Assembly: GCA_049970495.1 (NCBI GenBank)
Contig: JBMFMV010000012.1
Span: 1-33,486 of the forward strand
Source of the DNA: a bacterium
GTDB lineage: Bacteria; DUMJ01
Length of the DNA stretch: 33,486 nucleotides
Direction of reading: 5' to 3'
Under the pieces are notes generated by a model. The model ran no database searches. It was given only the letters and a program-made list of their open reading frames with translations, and was not told where the DNA came from. Positions within the stretch are counted from its first letter, which is position 1. The number at the start of each line of letters is the position of its first letter. This document shows, in pieces, positions 25,044-33,486 of the stretch. A program made the position numbers and the translations under genes.

Positions 25044-27647
25044 TTAATACGGGCAATGAATTTCTATCTCTATTATATTCCCTTCCTCTAATTCTAAAGT
25101 CTCTTTTAGCCTTATAATGTCTTTGTCTAAGACAGCATCTAATAGCTGTGAGGCTTCACTTATCAATCTTACAGAAAACTCTCCTATAAATTTTTTCGGT
25201 ACATCTAGCCTTATGTTTTTTATCTTTACTTTTCCGTAAAAGCTTTCTATAGTAGCTTTGAAAGAACTTTTTGAAATTTCCTGAGCAAATCTTCCCCAAC
25301 CACTATCTGTAGAGAAGAAGCATCTAAAGTTAGAAGAAGCTAACTTAGGCTTAAATCCTATAGTAAAGTCTCTTCCATCATACTCGTAGCCAGAAAGTGC
25401 TAAAAGTAAAGCCCAACTAGCCATGGCCCTAGCATAGTGATGCCCACACTCAGGTTCATTCCAGGGGTTTCGTTTCAAACCATCAAATCTTTCCCTCAGA
25501 GCCTTTACTATTGTAAGTCCTTCCTTTATAAAATCCTCATAAATTAGATGACTTGCTACCTGATACTCAATCCCTGTCCATGCCTCATCTGAATACGGGA
25601 ATGGAAATCTTTCTCTATTACCCCTAGGCCAGGTGCACAAAATCAATCCCTTTTCATTATTTAAAGCATAGGTCCTCTGGCAGTTGGAATGATTCGACAG
25701 ATCATCCTTCCAATTATATTTAAATATAGACTCTAGAGCCTTTCTCACATATTCTTTAGGAATAAGGTCTCCTAAACCAATAGTAGTAGAGAGCCACTGG
25801 CCCAGAAGCTGGTCAGATAGACACCCATCTCCATACTGGTATCTATAATCCTTAGTCCTATCATATTTTTGTATAAAGTATTCGCCATTAAATAGTTCTT
25901 CAACTAGTAGTTTGCTTCCTCTTTCAAATAGCTCTAAATATTCTCTTGACCTCTCTAATTCCCCTAACCTCTCTGCAATCTCTGAACAAGCTTTAAGTGC
26001 TCCAAGGTAGAATAAACCAGTCATTGTATTTGGTCCATAAAATTCTATATCATAGGTATTATGCTGTTCCTGTTCCATAATTCCATCTTTATTCAAATCC
26101 CAAGTTATCCAGGCAAATTCTAGAGCCTTTTTTATATTGGGCCATAACTCCTTTAAGAATTCATCATCTCCTGATAGCTTCCATTCTCTATAAGCCCTTA
26201 TAATACTTCCCATCTGTCCATCCGCTGCAGGCTTAAATCCCCATCTTCCTGTACCTAAGGGTAACATTGTCCTAAAGGACATCTTACCTGTCTCATCTAC
26301 ATTATATAAGAATTCTACCTCACGCATCTTTCTTTCTAACTGTGGGAAGAGGTAAGCCAAGGTCTGTTCATAGTTCCATACATGGGTACAGTTCATTGGA
26401 CAACATCCTTCATTATCACTACATCCTTCAAAGCCAAAGAAATAGCCATCTTCTGTCCTAAAACATGTATTGGTCCTTATAGTAGAGATCTGACTTGAGA
26501 TTGCATCTAATATATAGTTGGGTAGTGTACTTGAAAAGAATAGATTGTGAAACTTTCTTGTTTCCCTTTCAAGTCTCTCTAGGTTTTTAACCGTATATTT
26601 TGCTACATCCCAGGAATCATCGAACTTAGTAGAATAATAGGTCTTTAATCGAATCTCATCTTTTAGAGGCTCTATCCTAAAGTATTTTGTAATCTCTTCT
26701 GGAAGGTATGGGAAATACCAGGCAAGGAAAATAGGTAATCTCACCTCTTCACCTGGTAGAAGATCAAAATTCAATCCTAATGTAGCTACGTCTGTTTGTC
26801 CTTCGGGACTAGGCTCAGGAGATTTTTCCTCTTTCAGCCTTTCTTCATTCCTAAATCTATCCCAGAAGTCCTGCAGATCATCAAACCAGCCACTCCTTAG
26901 CCATCTCAAGGTGTAAGTAATATCTTCCCATGTAGTTACTATTGCAACACTGCCATATAAAAAATCTTCCTTCTTGAATTTTAAACTACTCATCCTTATA
27001 CCTTTTATTAGACCCTCATTCAAAAACTCATTAAGATTAGAGCCAAAACAAGGTGCGTATCTATTATTTACCCCATAGACATTTCTCAAAGAAACCTTTC
27101 CATCATATCCAACAGGATTAAGCATACTAAAAGCTAGAGTTCCTTTAATAGATGTATAACCTATATTTTTTAGAGTAAAATAGAATATAGCTATCGGTAA
27201 ACCTGAATCAAGGTCATTTAGGGGGATTAGAGGATTAAATGCCTCTAGATTTATTTCCAGCGGTAAATCTCTATCTAAAAATTCTATGTAGGCAAAAGGA
27301 TATTCTCCTTTAAATTTAGCTGAATCAAACCTTGGAAGTCCTGAAACTCTACTATTTGGTAGCCCATGACTAGCAGTATATGGAGGGAGTATTTTAGACT
27401 CCAATACCTTAGCCTTATACTTTTCTCTATCTTTTATTCTTATAGCAAAGAATGTAAACGGTAGATTTAACCCTTTAGCCGGTCTATTAAAGATCTCCCA
27501 ATCCTGTAAGTTTCCTCTTCCTCCCAGAGATACCGTCCCTGTACCAATTCCTCCCAAGGGGAAAGCTATCTGAGAGAGAGCTTCCCCCTGGAAAGTTCTT
27601 TGAGGCCCAAAATCAAACAGTTCACTATTAGAATAAGGGATCTTCAT
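25044..27647 (-). CDS. Glycoside hydrolase family 116 (GBA2-like; beta-glycosidase or beta-D-arabinofuranosidase-type)
   Basis: FPLGGIGTG..LGGRG, GEYPFA, GFEGC...CTHVWNY, ADGQMG, QHNTYD, DQLLGQW and ECGHHYARAMASW. Confidence 0.9.
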   Translation of the reverse strand: MKIPYSNSELFDFGPQRTFQGEALSQIAFPLGGIGTGTVSLGGRGNLQDWEIFNRPAKGLNLPFTFFAIRIKDREKYKAKVLESKILPPYTASHGLPNSRVSGLPRFDSAKFKGEYPFAYIEFLDRDLPLEINLEAFNPLIPLNDLDSGLPIAIFYFTLKNIGYTSIKGTLAFSMLNPVGYDGKVSLRNVYGVNNRYAPCFGSNLNEFLNEGLIKGIRMSSLKFKKEDFLYGSVAIVTTWEDITYTLRWLRSGWFDDLQDFWDRFRNEERLKEEKSPEPSPEGQTDVATLGLNFDLLPGEEVRLPIFLAWYFPYLPEEITKYFRIEPLKDEIRLKTYYSTKFDDSWDVAKYTVKNLERLERETRKFHNLFFSSTLPNYILDAISSQISTIRTNTCFRTEDGYFFGFEGCSDNEGCCPMNCTHVWNYEQTLAYLFPQLERKMREVEFLYNVDETGKMSFRTMLPLGTGRWGFKPAADGQMGSIIRAYREWKLSGDDEFLKELWPNIKKALEFAWITWDLNKDGIMEQEQHNTYDIEFYGPNTMTGLFYLGALKACSEIAERLGELERSREYLELFERGSKLLVEELFNGEYFIQKYDRTKDYRYQYGDGCLSDQLLGQWLSTTIGLGDLIPKEYVRKALESIFKYNWKDDLSNHSNCQRTYALNNEKGLILCTWPRGNRERFPFPYSDEAWTGIEYQVASHLIYEDFIKEGLTIVKALRERFDGLKRNPWNEPECGHHYARAMASWALLLALSGYEYDGRDFTIGFKPKLASSNFRCFFSTDSGWGRFAQEISKSSFKATIESFYGKVKIKNIRLDVPKKFIGEFSVRLISEASQLLDAVLDKDIIRLKETLELEEGNIIEIEIHCPY

Positions 27648-27651
27648 CTAT

Positions 27652-29175
27652 TTATCCTCCCAACTTCTCAAATATTGGTATTAATCTTTCATAGGCATCG
27701 ATAAAGATAGGAAATATTCTCCTGTATACAGTAATCTTGGATTCTTCAGGTATAATTCTTTCTTTTATCCTCACGATCTCTTTTGCTACCTTTAAACTCT
27801 GGAATATCCCTACCCCTACACCGCCTGCTATAGCCGAACCTAGAGATGTAGCTTCTTCTGAGGTCTCCATCCTAAGGATATCTCTCTCAAATATATTCGC
27901 CAGTATATTTGCCCAAAATTTACTCTTTCCTCCACCACCAATTAATCTTATCTCTTTTATATCTATTCCTTGGATCAAGAATGCGTCTAGTATTATCCTG
28001 AGATTAAACCCTACCCCTTCTAAGACTGCCCTTATAAGATGAGTCCTTGTGTGTCTTGGAGTAAGACCTATAAATACCCCTCTAGCATTAGGGTTCCAAT
28101 GGGGACTTCTCTCACCTAAAAGATAAGGAAGAAATATAAGATTCTCACAGCCAGGAGGAATTTTTTCTGCTTCTAAATCCATTATCTCGTAAGGGCTTAG
28201 ATTAAAACTAGAGGCAATCTCTTTTTCTCTAATAGCCAGATTATCCCTTGCCCACTGATAAGAAAGACCTGCCGACTGCATAGTTCCTGTAGGCATAAAT
28301 AATCCTGGAGCAAGATGATGAAAGGTGAAGGTCCTAAGTCTAGAATCATATATAGGTCTCTTAGATGCTATGGCAATCCAAGAGGAGGCTCCTAGATAGT
28401 TATAAGCATCTCCCTCTTCTACAACGCCAGCTCCGCAAGCAGCACAAGCTCCATCGCCTCCACCTATAACTATAGGGATTCCTGAGGGCAAATCTAATTC
28501 ACTAGATGCCTCCTGGGTTAGTTCTCCTACGACTTCTAGCGATGAATGAACCTCCGGTAATTTATCTATAGGAATTTCTAAAGCCTCTATGATCTCTTCT
28601 GACCATTTTTCTTGCTGCAGGTCAAAGAGATTAGTTCCTGAGGCATCAGAAAAATCTGTTACCCATTTGCCGGTAAGCTTATAGATAATAAAATCTTTGG
28701 CTAATAAAAATTTATAAGTCTTAGAAAAAACGTCTGGTTCATTCTTCTTTATCCAGAGAATCTTGGCTGCTGAGTAAGTAGGGCTTATTCTGTGACCTGT
28801 AATCTTATATACTTTTTCTTCTCCAAGCCTTTCCCTTATTAATTCTGCCTCCTTTACACCTCTCTGATCCGCCCAGATAATTATATTCCTTAGAGGACTT
28901 CCATCTTTATCTACTGGTAAACACCCCATCATCTGTCCACTAAAACTTATAACAGCTATCTCCTTCGACTTAACCTTGCTCTTAGCTAAGAGTTCTTGGG
29001 TTGAAGACTTAAATGCATTCCAATAATCTAATGGGTTCTGCTCTACCCAATTGGGATGAGGATAATAAGTGGAATAAGAGTAAAAAGAAGATGCAACAAG
29101 ATTTCCATCCTCATCATATAGGGTTGCTTTATTACCTGTAGTACCTAAGTCATGGGAGAGGATATAGTTTCTCAT
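27652..29175 (-). CDS. FGGY-family carbohydrate kinase (xylulokinase-like)
   Basis: HDLGTTGNKA, SGQMMG, IWADQR, SDASGT, PYLLGERSP and RAVLEGV. Confidence 0.9.
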   Translation of the reverse strand: MRNYILSHDLGTTGNKATLYDEDGNLVASSFYSYSTYYPHPNWVEQNPLDYWNAFKSSTQELLAKSKVKSKEIAVISFSGQMMGCLPVDKDGSPLRNIIIWADQRGVKEAELIRERLGEEKVYKITGHRISPTYSAAKILWIKKNEPDVFSKTYKFLLAKDFIIYKLTGKWVTDFSDASGTNLFDLQQEKWSEEIIEALEIPIDKLPEVHSSLEVVGELTQEASSELDLPSGIPIVIGGGDGACAACGAGVVEEGDAYNYLGASSWIAIASKRPIYDSRLRTFTFHHLAPGLFMPTGTMQSAGLSYQWARDNLAIREKEIASSFNLSPYEIMDLEAEKIPPGCENLIFLPYLLGERSPHWNPNARGVFIGLTPRHTRTHLIRAVLEGVGFNLRIILDAFLIQGIDIKEIRLIGGGGKSKFWANILANIFERDILRMETSEEATSLGSAIAGGVGVGIFQSLKVAKEIVRIKERIIPEESKITVYRRIFPIFIDAYERLIPIFEKLGG

Positions 29176-29178
29176 AAC

Positions 29179-29799
29179 CTATCTTTCCTCAACAGCAATC
29201 GCCCTAGTCCAAGAACTGTCCATCTTTACCTTATAAGGTAAAGCCATAAAGAAGAATTCTCTCTTAGAGATTAGATGGAGATTATCTAAGAATTCAATAA
29301 ATGTAACACCTTTAGACATTAATATATCATGAATAAGCCTACCCTCTTCTACATCTCTACCCAATTTAAAATTAGTATCTATACCTAACATCTTTATCCT
29401 TTTATCTGCCAACCATCTAGCAGACTCAGTAGTAAGATATGGATATCCGGAACCTATCCTTTTATTCCTGCAAATTACTATATCTTGCTCTTTTATAATA
29501 TCCCCTATTAATCTTTCAATAATTTTAGCATCTATAGTGCCGGGCTCGGCATCTAAGAGAATAGCTCTACCAAAGAAGGCTTCCAAAGGATACTCATTTA
29601 TATCCTTCCCATCATCATAGAAGTGTGACGATGCCTCTATATGTGTTCCAACATGACTATGAGTCCAAACATCATGCTTATATGTTCTATCAGAAAGAAA
29701 AGTCCTTTCTACCTTAAATGGTCTATCTTCTGTCCCTGGAGGAATAACCTCTTTAGAAAGGTCCAGGATTCTATACCTGCTTAAATCTATATCAAACAT
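29179..29799 (-). CDS. Cyclase-family metal-dependent hydrolase (kynurenine formamidase-like)
   Basis: ILDLS, HVGTHIEASSH (variant of HxGTHxDxPxH), LGID, IEFLDNL, ALPYK and RAIA. Confidence 0.85.
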   Translation of the reverse strand: MFDIDLSRYRILDLSKEVIPPGTEDRPFKVERTFLSDRTYKHDVWTHSHVGTHIEASSHFYDDGKDINEYPLEAFFGRAILLDAEPGTIDAKIIERLIGDIIKEQDIVICRNKRIGSGYPYLTTESARWLADKRIKMLGIDTNFKLGRDVEEGRLIHDILMSKGVTFIEFLDNLHLISKREFFFMALPYKVKMDSSWTRAIAVEER

Positions 29800-29813
29800 T
29801 ATTTACCACCTCT

Positions 29814-30692
29814 TTAGATAAATTTCTTGAGACTCTCTTTTATTATATCCTTCTCTTCCTCAGTAAGTTCCCTTTGAGGGGATCTGACCCTACTAGGGAG
29901 TCTAATTCCCTTTAGAGACAGTGCATACTTATATGCAGAGATAAGTTTTCCGTATTGGAATATCTTACAGAGCTCGTTTAACTTACGTTGAGTTTCTATA
30001 GCCTTTTCCATATCTCTGTTAATAAAGGCACTATAAATACCGTTAAATATCTCTGGGAAGACATTACTAGTAGAAGAAACTGCTCCCACTACCCCTAAAG
30101 TAAGCGCTAAGAGAAATATTTCATCAGTCCCAGATACAACTTGAAATTCTGATGAGATATCTATAAAACTCTTAATAAGAGTAATATTCCCTGAACTATC
30201 TTTTATTCCAATTATTCTCTCCTGAGTAAATAGCTTCTGAGCTAGATTAGGAGTTATAGAATTATTGGTAAGCCCTGGTATATTGTAGAGGAATACAGGA
30301 AAACCTTTAGCTTTCTCCAATACTCTAGTATAGTACTCTTCAATTGCTATTTCATCTAGTTTATAGTAATAAGGAGTTACAATTGCAACTGCATCTACCT
30401 TAGCCTCTATAGCAGACCTTATAAGTATGACTGTCTCCTGTAAAGATATAGAGCCAACATGAGCAATTATTGGAACTCTGCCATTAGAAGATTTAACTGC
30501 CAATCTAAAAAGTCTAGTTCTCTCTTCTATAGAAAGTAGTGGACCCTCCCCTGTAGTTCCAGCCACAAATAGACCGTTTACTTTTTCTTCAATGAGGTAG
30601 TTACATAACTCTTCGAATGCCTTCTCATCTATCTCATAGTTTTCATCAAAGGGAGTAAGTATTGCCGGTATAACACCTCTTAACCTTAACAT
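29814..30692 (-). CDS. DHDPS/NanA-family class I aldolase or lyase
   Basis: GVIPAILTPF, GTTGE, LYNIP and GIKDSSG (Schiff-base Lys). Confidence 0.88.
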   Translation of the reverse strand: MLRLRGVIPAILTPFDENYEIDEKAFEELCNYLIEEKVNGLFVAGTTGEGPLLSIEERTRLFRLAVKSSNGRVPIIAHVGSISLQETVILIRSAIEAKVDAVAIVTPYYYKLDEIAIEEYYTRVLEKAKGFPVFLYNIPGLTNNSITPNLAQKLFTQERIIGIKDSSGNITLIKSFIDISSEFQVVSGTDEIFLLALTLGVVGAVSSTSNVFPEIFNGIYSAFINRDMEKAIETQRKLNELCKIFQYGKLISAYKYALSLKGIRLPSRVRSPQRELTEEEKDIIKESLKKFI

Positions 30693-33061
30693 CTTTCAGC
30701 CTCCTTTATCAACCAAAGCTCAGCTATTTCACAACCTCGCTCTCCATCATCAGCTGTCCACTTAAGGATTAACTCTCTACTAGATAGGATCTCCTTTGGA
30801 ATAGTAAATTCCTCTGTAAGTATCCTCCTCTTAGTATCTATAAAGTCATGGATTAGGTACTTTTCATTAGCTATAAGTTTTATCTTTCCTCCAAGAGAAC
30901 CTATATAGGTAACTCTCAATTTATAATTCGAGTTCGGATTAAGATCTTCATACCTTACAACTAGGGGTGTATCATATAGGGTTGCTATACTATTTACCCA
31001 AGATAGAGGTACGCCTCCAAGTTGCTCCTCTAACTCTTCACTAATGTAAAGTAGATATGGAGTAAAGACAACTAAAGGAGATGATAGATATCCGGGATCT
31101 TCTTCCCATCTTTTATCTGACAGCACCCTCTTAAGACTCCTTGGATTACCTAGATCATCGTAGAATCCTCCAGGTCCAGGATTTGTTCTATTGATAATCT
31201 CACTAATAGCCTTCTGCCTATCTTCTTCTTTCTCTATCTTACCTATCTTCTTGAACTGTACCTTGTACCACCTGTAATTATTTAATGGCATATCTATTGC
31301 ATCCATAAATGCTCCTCTATCCCATGCTATAGCATTATACTTTTCTACAGAAAGCTGAGCCCCTATATTCTTGAATAATTCATCTGCTAAATCCCAACAC
31401 TTCTTTTTATACTCTTGTGCTACAGGTTGTCTATTTGCCTTCTCTAATACTCCCTCCGCAAGCTCTATAGCATTTAAAGACCCTATCTCTTTTGCCTTCT
31501 CTAAAATATCTAATGCGGATCTCTCTAACTCTGTCTCATAGATTAAACGTCTCCTTATATATGCATCATAGTAAGCTCTCAATAGACACATCTGAAATCT
31601 ATAGTTATTTAAAACATCTTTATCAGCAACCCTTTCTATATCCTGCCACTGTCTTAGTGTTATATCTACCCTATCATTCACTAATAGTGGTCCTTCCCAG
31701 TTCTCTTCTAGCGCCATTATGCCCTGTGCTATCTCTTCCGTGAATCTTGGACTTATAAAAAACCTTGCGTAATCTCTCAATGTCTCTATAACAGGAGTCT
31801 TTGGATTCCAGTCTTGGTCACTCCAGATAAACTTGTTTACATCATCATTTATCCCCTCTGAATAACTAATACTTCCAATAGTATAAGGGGCAAACAGATT
31901 GTGTATATATTTTTCCGCTTTCGGTCTTGGGTTTATACACTCACGTCCCAACGTTATGGCAAATGCTATGTCCCAATCCTTAACTGGATACTGACAGTGT
32001 AGACTATGGGTAATGTCTGGATAGTGCCTGATAGGATACTTTTCTGGAATGATCTTTCTTAAATCTGGTAGTGTTGTCTTTATCCATGGTCCAAAGACTA
32101 TACCACCTAACCACTCTGGTTCCTTCTTTACATTATTGTAAAAGTCCCCTAGCCACTTCTTGGTAGGTCTAAAACACTGTGGAGAAAGCCATATCTTTGC
32201 ATTTGGATGATATTTGTTTAGTATCTTATAAACTTTCTCTGACCACTCAAATAGTGTATTTGCTTCTAAACTCCCTGGGTCTCCTCCAGGTATAAATACT
32301 GCATCTATTCGTTTTAATTTACTAAATATCTCTTCTCTCTCCTCTATCTCCTTCTTTAAGCAAGACTCATCTTTGTACTCTTCTTCGCTGAACATATTTG
32401 GATACCATATCCATACATCTAGTCCATAAGAATCTATTATCTCTGATAACTTTATCATCATCTCTAATGGGTCTACCTTCATGTGTGGACTTGTTGGAGC
32501 ATCGTCTGTCCTTGGAGGTAAGATTTCAATACTGTTAGCTCCAAATAAAGCAAGTTCTCTTATGTATTGTTCAAACTGCTCTACACCCCAAGCGTCATAC
32601 GCATTAGTCTTTGGTCGGTAACCTAACTGATGTCCTCTAATAGAATATCTAGGAGTACTTGAGATACTAAAAGGCTCTATCTTCATAGACCCCTTATCCC
32701 AAATCAGTTTCCTCAAGAACTTCCCTATGCCATATAATACCCCTCTAGCATCAGCTCCTACTATCAGTATAACTGGCTGTTTATCATCTTTAACTATGAT
32801 TCTATAGCCTTCTCTACCAGGCTTTTCTAACTTGTCTAGCAACTCTATATAAGGCTGGATCAAAGCAAGACCCGAAGATTCAGAAGTAATAACTATCACT
32901 GGGACATCTTCTACCCAACTACTCACACTTTTTAGTCTAATATTAGTAAGTTTTTCTATCTCCTTAATAAGTATATCTATAGCCTTCGATTTAACCTTAG
33001 TATTGTATTCTGAGGTTAAAATGACTACATTAGAAATATCTAGTAACTTATAAGTCCTCAT
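30686..33061 (-). CDS. Uncharacterised 791-aa protein with GH20/GH67-like N-terminal domain; probable glycoside hydrolase
   Basis: EGYRI...ILIVGADARGVLYGIG...P....RG pattern typical of the N-terminal domain preceding GH20/GH67/GH115 barrels; embedded in the sugar cluster; no signal peptide. Confidence 0.65.
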   Translation of the reverse strand: MRTYKLLDISNVVILTSEYNTKVKSKAIDILIKEIEKLTNIRLKSVSSWVEDVPVIVITSESSGLALIQPYIELLDKLEKPGREGYRIIVKDDKQPVILIVGADARGVLYGIGKFLRKLIWDKGSMKIEPFSISSTPRYSIRGHQLGYRPKTNAYDAWGVEQFEQYIRELALFGANSIEILPPRTDDAPTSPHMKVDPLEMMIKLSEIIDSYGLDVWIWYPNMFSEEEYKDESCLKKEIEEREEIFSKLKRIDAVFIPGGDPGSLEANTLFEWSEKVYKILNKYHPNAKIWLSPQCFRPTKKWLGDFYNNVKKEPEWLGGIVFGPWIKTTLPDLRKIIPEKYPIRHYPDITHSLHCQYPVKDWDIAFAITLGRECINPRPKAEKYIHNLFAPYTIGSISYSEGINDDVNKFIWSDQDWNPKTPVIETLRDYARFFISPRFTEEIAQGIMALEENWEGPLLVNDRVDITLRQWQDIERVADKDVLNNYRFQMCLLRAYYDAYIRRRLIYETELERSALDILEKAKEIGSLNAIELAEGVLEKANRQPVAQEYKKKCWDLADELFKNIGAQLSVEKYNAIAWDRGAFMDAIDMPLNNYRWYKVQFKKIGKIEKEEDRQKAISEIINRTNPGPGGFYDDLGNPRSLKRVLSDKRWEEDPGYLSSPLVVFTPYLLYISEELEEQLGGVPLSWVNSIATLYDTPLVVRYEDLNPNSNYKLRVTYIGSLGGKIKLIANEKYLIHDFIDTKRRILTEEFTIPKEILSSRELILKWTADDGERGCEIAELWLIKEAERC

Positions 33062-33097
33062 GATTTTTCTATAACTCCGTATATCGCAGAAATTACT

Positions 33098-33486
33098 CTA
33101 TCTTGGCCATCTCTCTTCTATAGAAGGAAGTTTAGGGAATTCTTGGTGGGGTTCTGTCTGATACCAGTATGCTACTGAAGCTATATCATCTGTTAATGGC
33201 TGGAATTTTCTATTAGGCCACCACCCTAATGCCTGAATAGTAACCTTTAACTCTTTCTCAAATCTTATCGGATCTAATATATGCCATCTGTATAATCCGT
33301 GTTTTGGAACTGCTCCTGGTTCTTTTCGATAGAGAGGATAACCTGAGAATGGAGTAGAGAATGTCTCTCCTTCAAACCCCCAGGCACCCCCAAAGTAGTC
33401 TTCTGTTCCTGTTCCACATATAGTCGGGTACTCTGTATCGCCATCTACATAGAATTTTATCTCTCCTTCTCCCCACCACCCATCAG
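33098..33486 (-). CDS. GH172 (DUF2961) glycoside hydrolase, C-terminal part; missing from the ORF track, 5' end outside the window
   Basis: Manual translation: DGWWGEGEIKFYVDGDTEYPTICGTGTEDYFGGAWGF...YRWHILDPIRFEKELKVTIQALGW...DDIASVAYWYQTEPH...RWPR*, stop at 33098-33100. Confidence 0.9.
   Translation of the reverse strand, partial: DGWWGEGEIKFYVDGDTEYPTICGTGTEDYFGGAWGFEGETFSTPFSGYPLYRKEPGAVPKHGLYRWHILDPIRFEKELKVTIQALGWWPNRKFQPLTDDIASVAYWYQTEPHQEFPKLPSIEERWPR

Noticed and set aside
24963..25058. Open frame continuing past the GH116 stop (IHCPY*IHCSCGRIF...)
   Set aside because: The GH116 protein appears complete, the stop is TAA, and the downstream peptide has no recognisable motif.
29814..30692. 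Calling this gene dapA, as partner of dapF
   Set aside because: It lacks the DapA Arg after YNxP and sits in a sugar catabolic cluster about 17 kb from dapF.
1630..31743. Short antisense or alternate-frame ORFs in the track (e.g. 1630-1923, 5844-6080, 7903-8163, 13019-13333, 16473-16703, 20783-21136, 27737-28042, 31492-31743)
   Set aside because: They overlap well-supported genes and show no recognisable motifs; treated as shadow ORFs.

Overview
AT-rich bacterial chromosomal window. The gene content (Thermotoga-type oligosaccharide ABC system, SmsCB-type Fe-S genes, FmdE) suggests an anaerobic, probably thermophilic, saccharolytic lineage; this is inference only. Left to right: (1) a Dpp/Opp/Nik-type ABC operon ending in fmdE; (2) a triply inactivated esterase pseudogene and a thiC-yggS-lysE run on the minus strand; (3) a plus-strand operon of smsC/sufC, smsB/sufBD, an uncharacterised 616-aa protein with BshC-like architecture and a dapF-like epimerase with altered substrate residues; (4) a minus-strand family-5 oligosaccharide ABC operon and a divergent MFS gene; (5) an intergenic region that looks like an unannotated ~95-nt minus-strand small RNA, with four 11-bp-phased direct repeats, a -10 box, a C-rich anti-SD-like motif and an intrinsic terminator; (6) rpmB-threonine dehydratase; (7) an ADP-ribosylglycohydrolase/UroD-like pair and a C_GCAxxG_C_C pseudogene; (8) a sugar catabolic cluster of GH172, an unknown 791-aa protein, a DHDPS-family aldolase, a cyclase, an FGGY kinase and GH116. 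I saw no rRNA, tRNA, CRISPR array or transposase. The best novelty candidates are the putative regulated sRNA, the BshC-like plus atypical DapF module, and the GH172/GH116 cluster. All family calls come from motif recognition by eye; no database searches were run.
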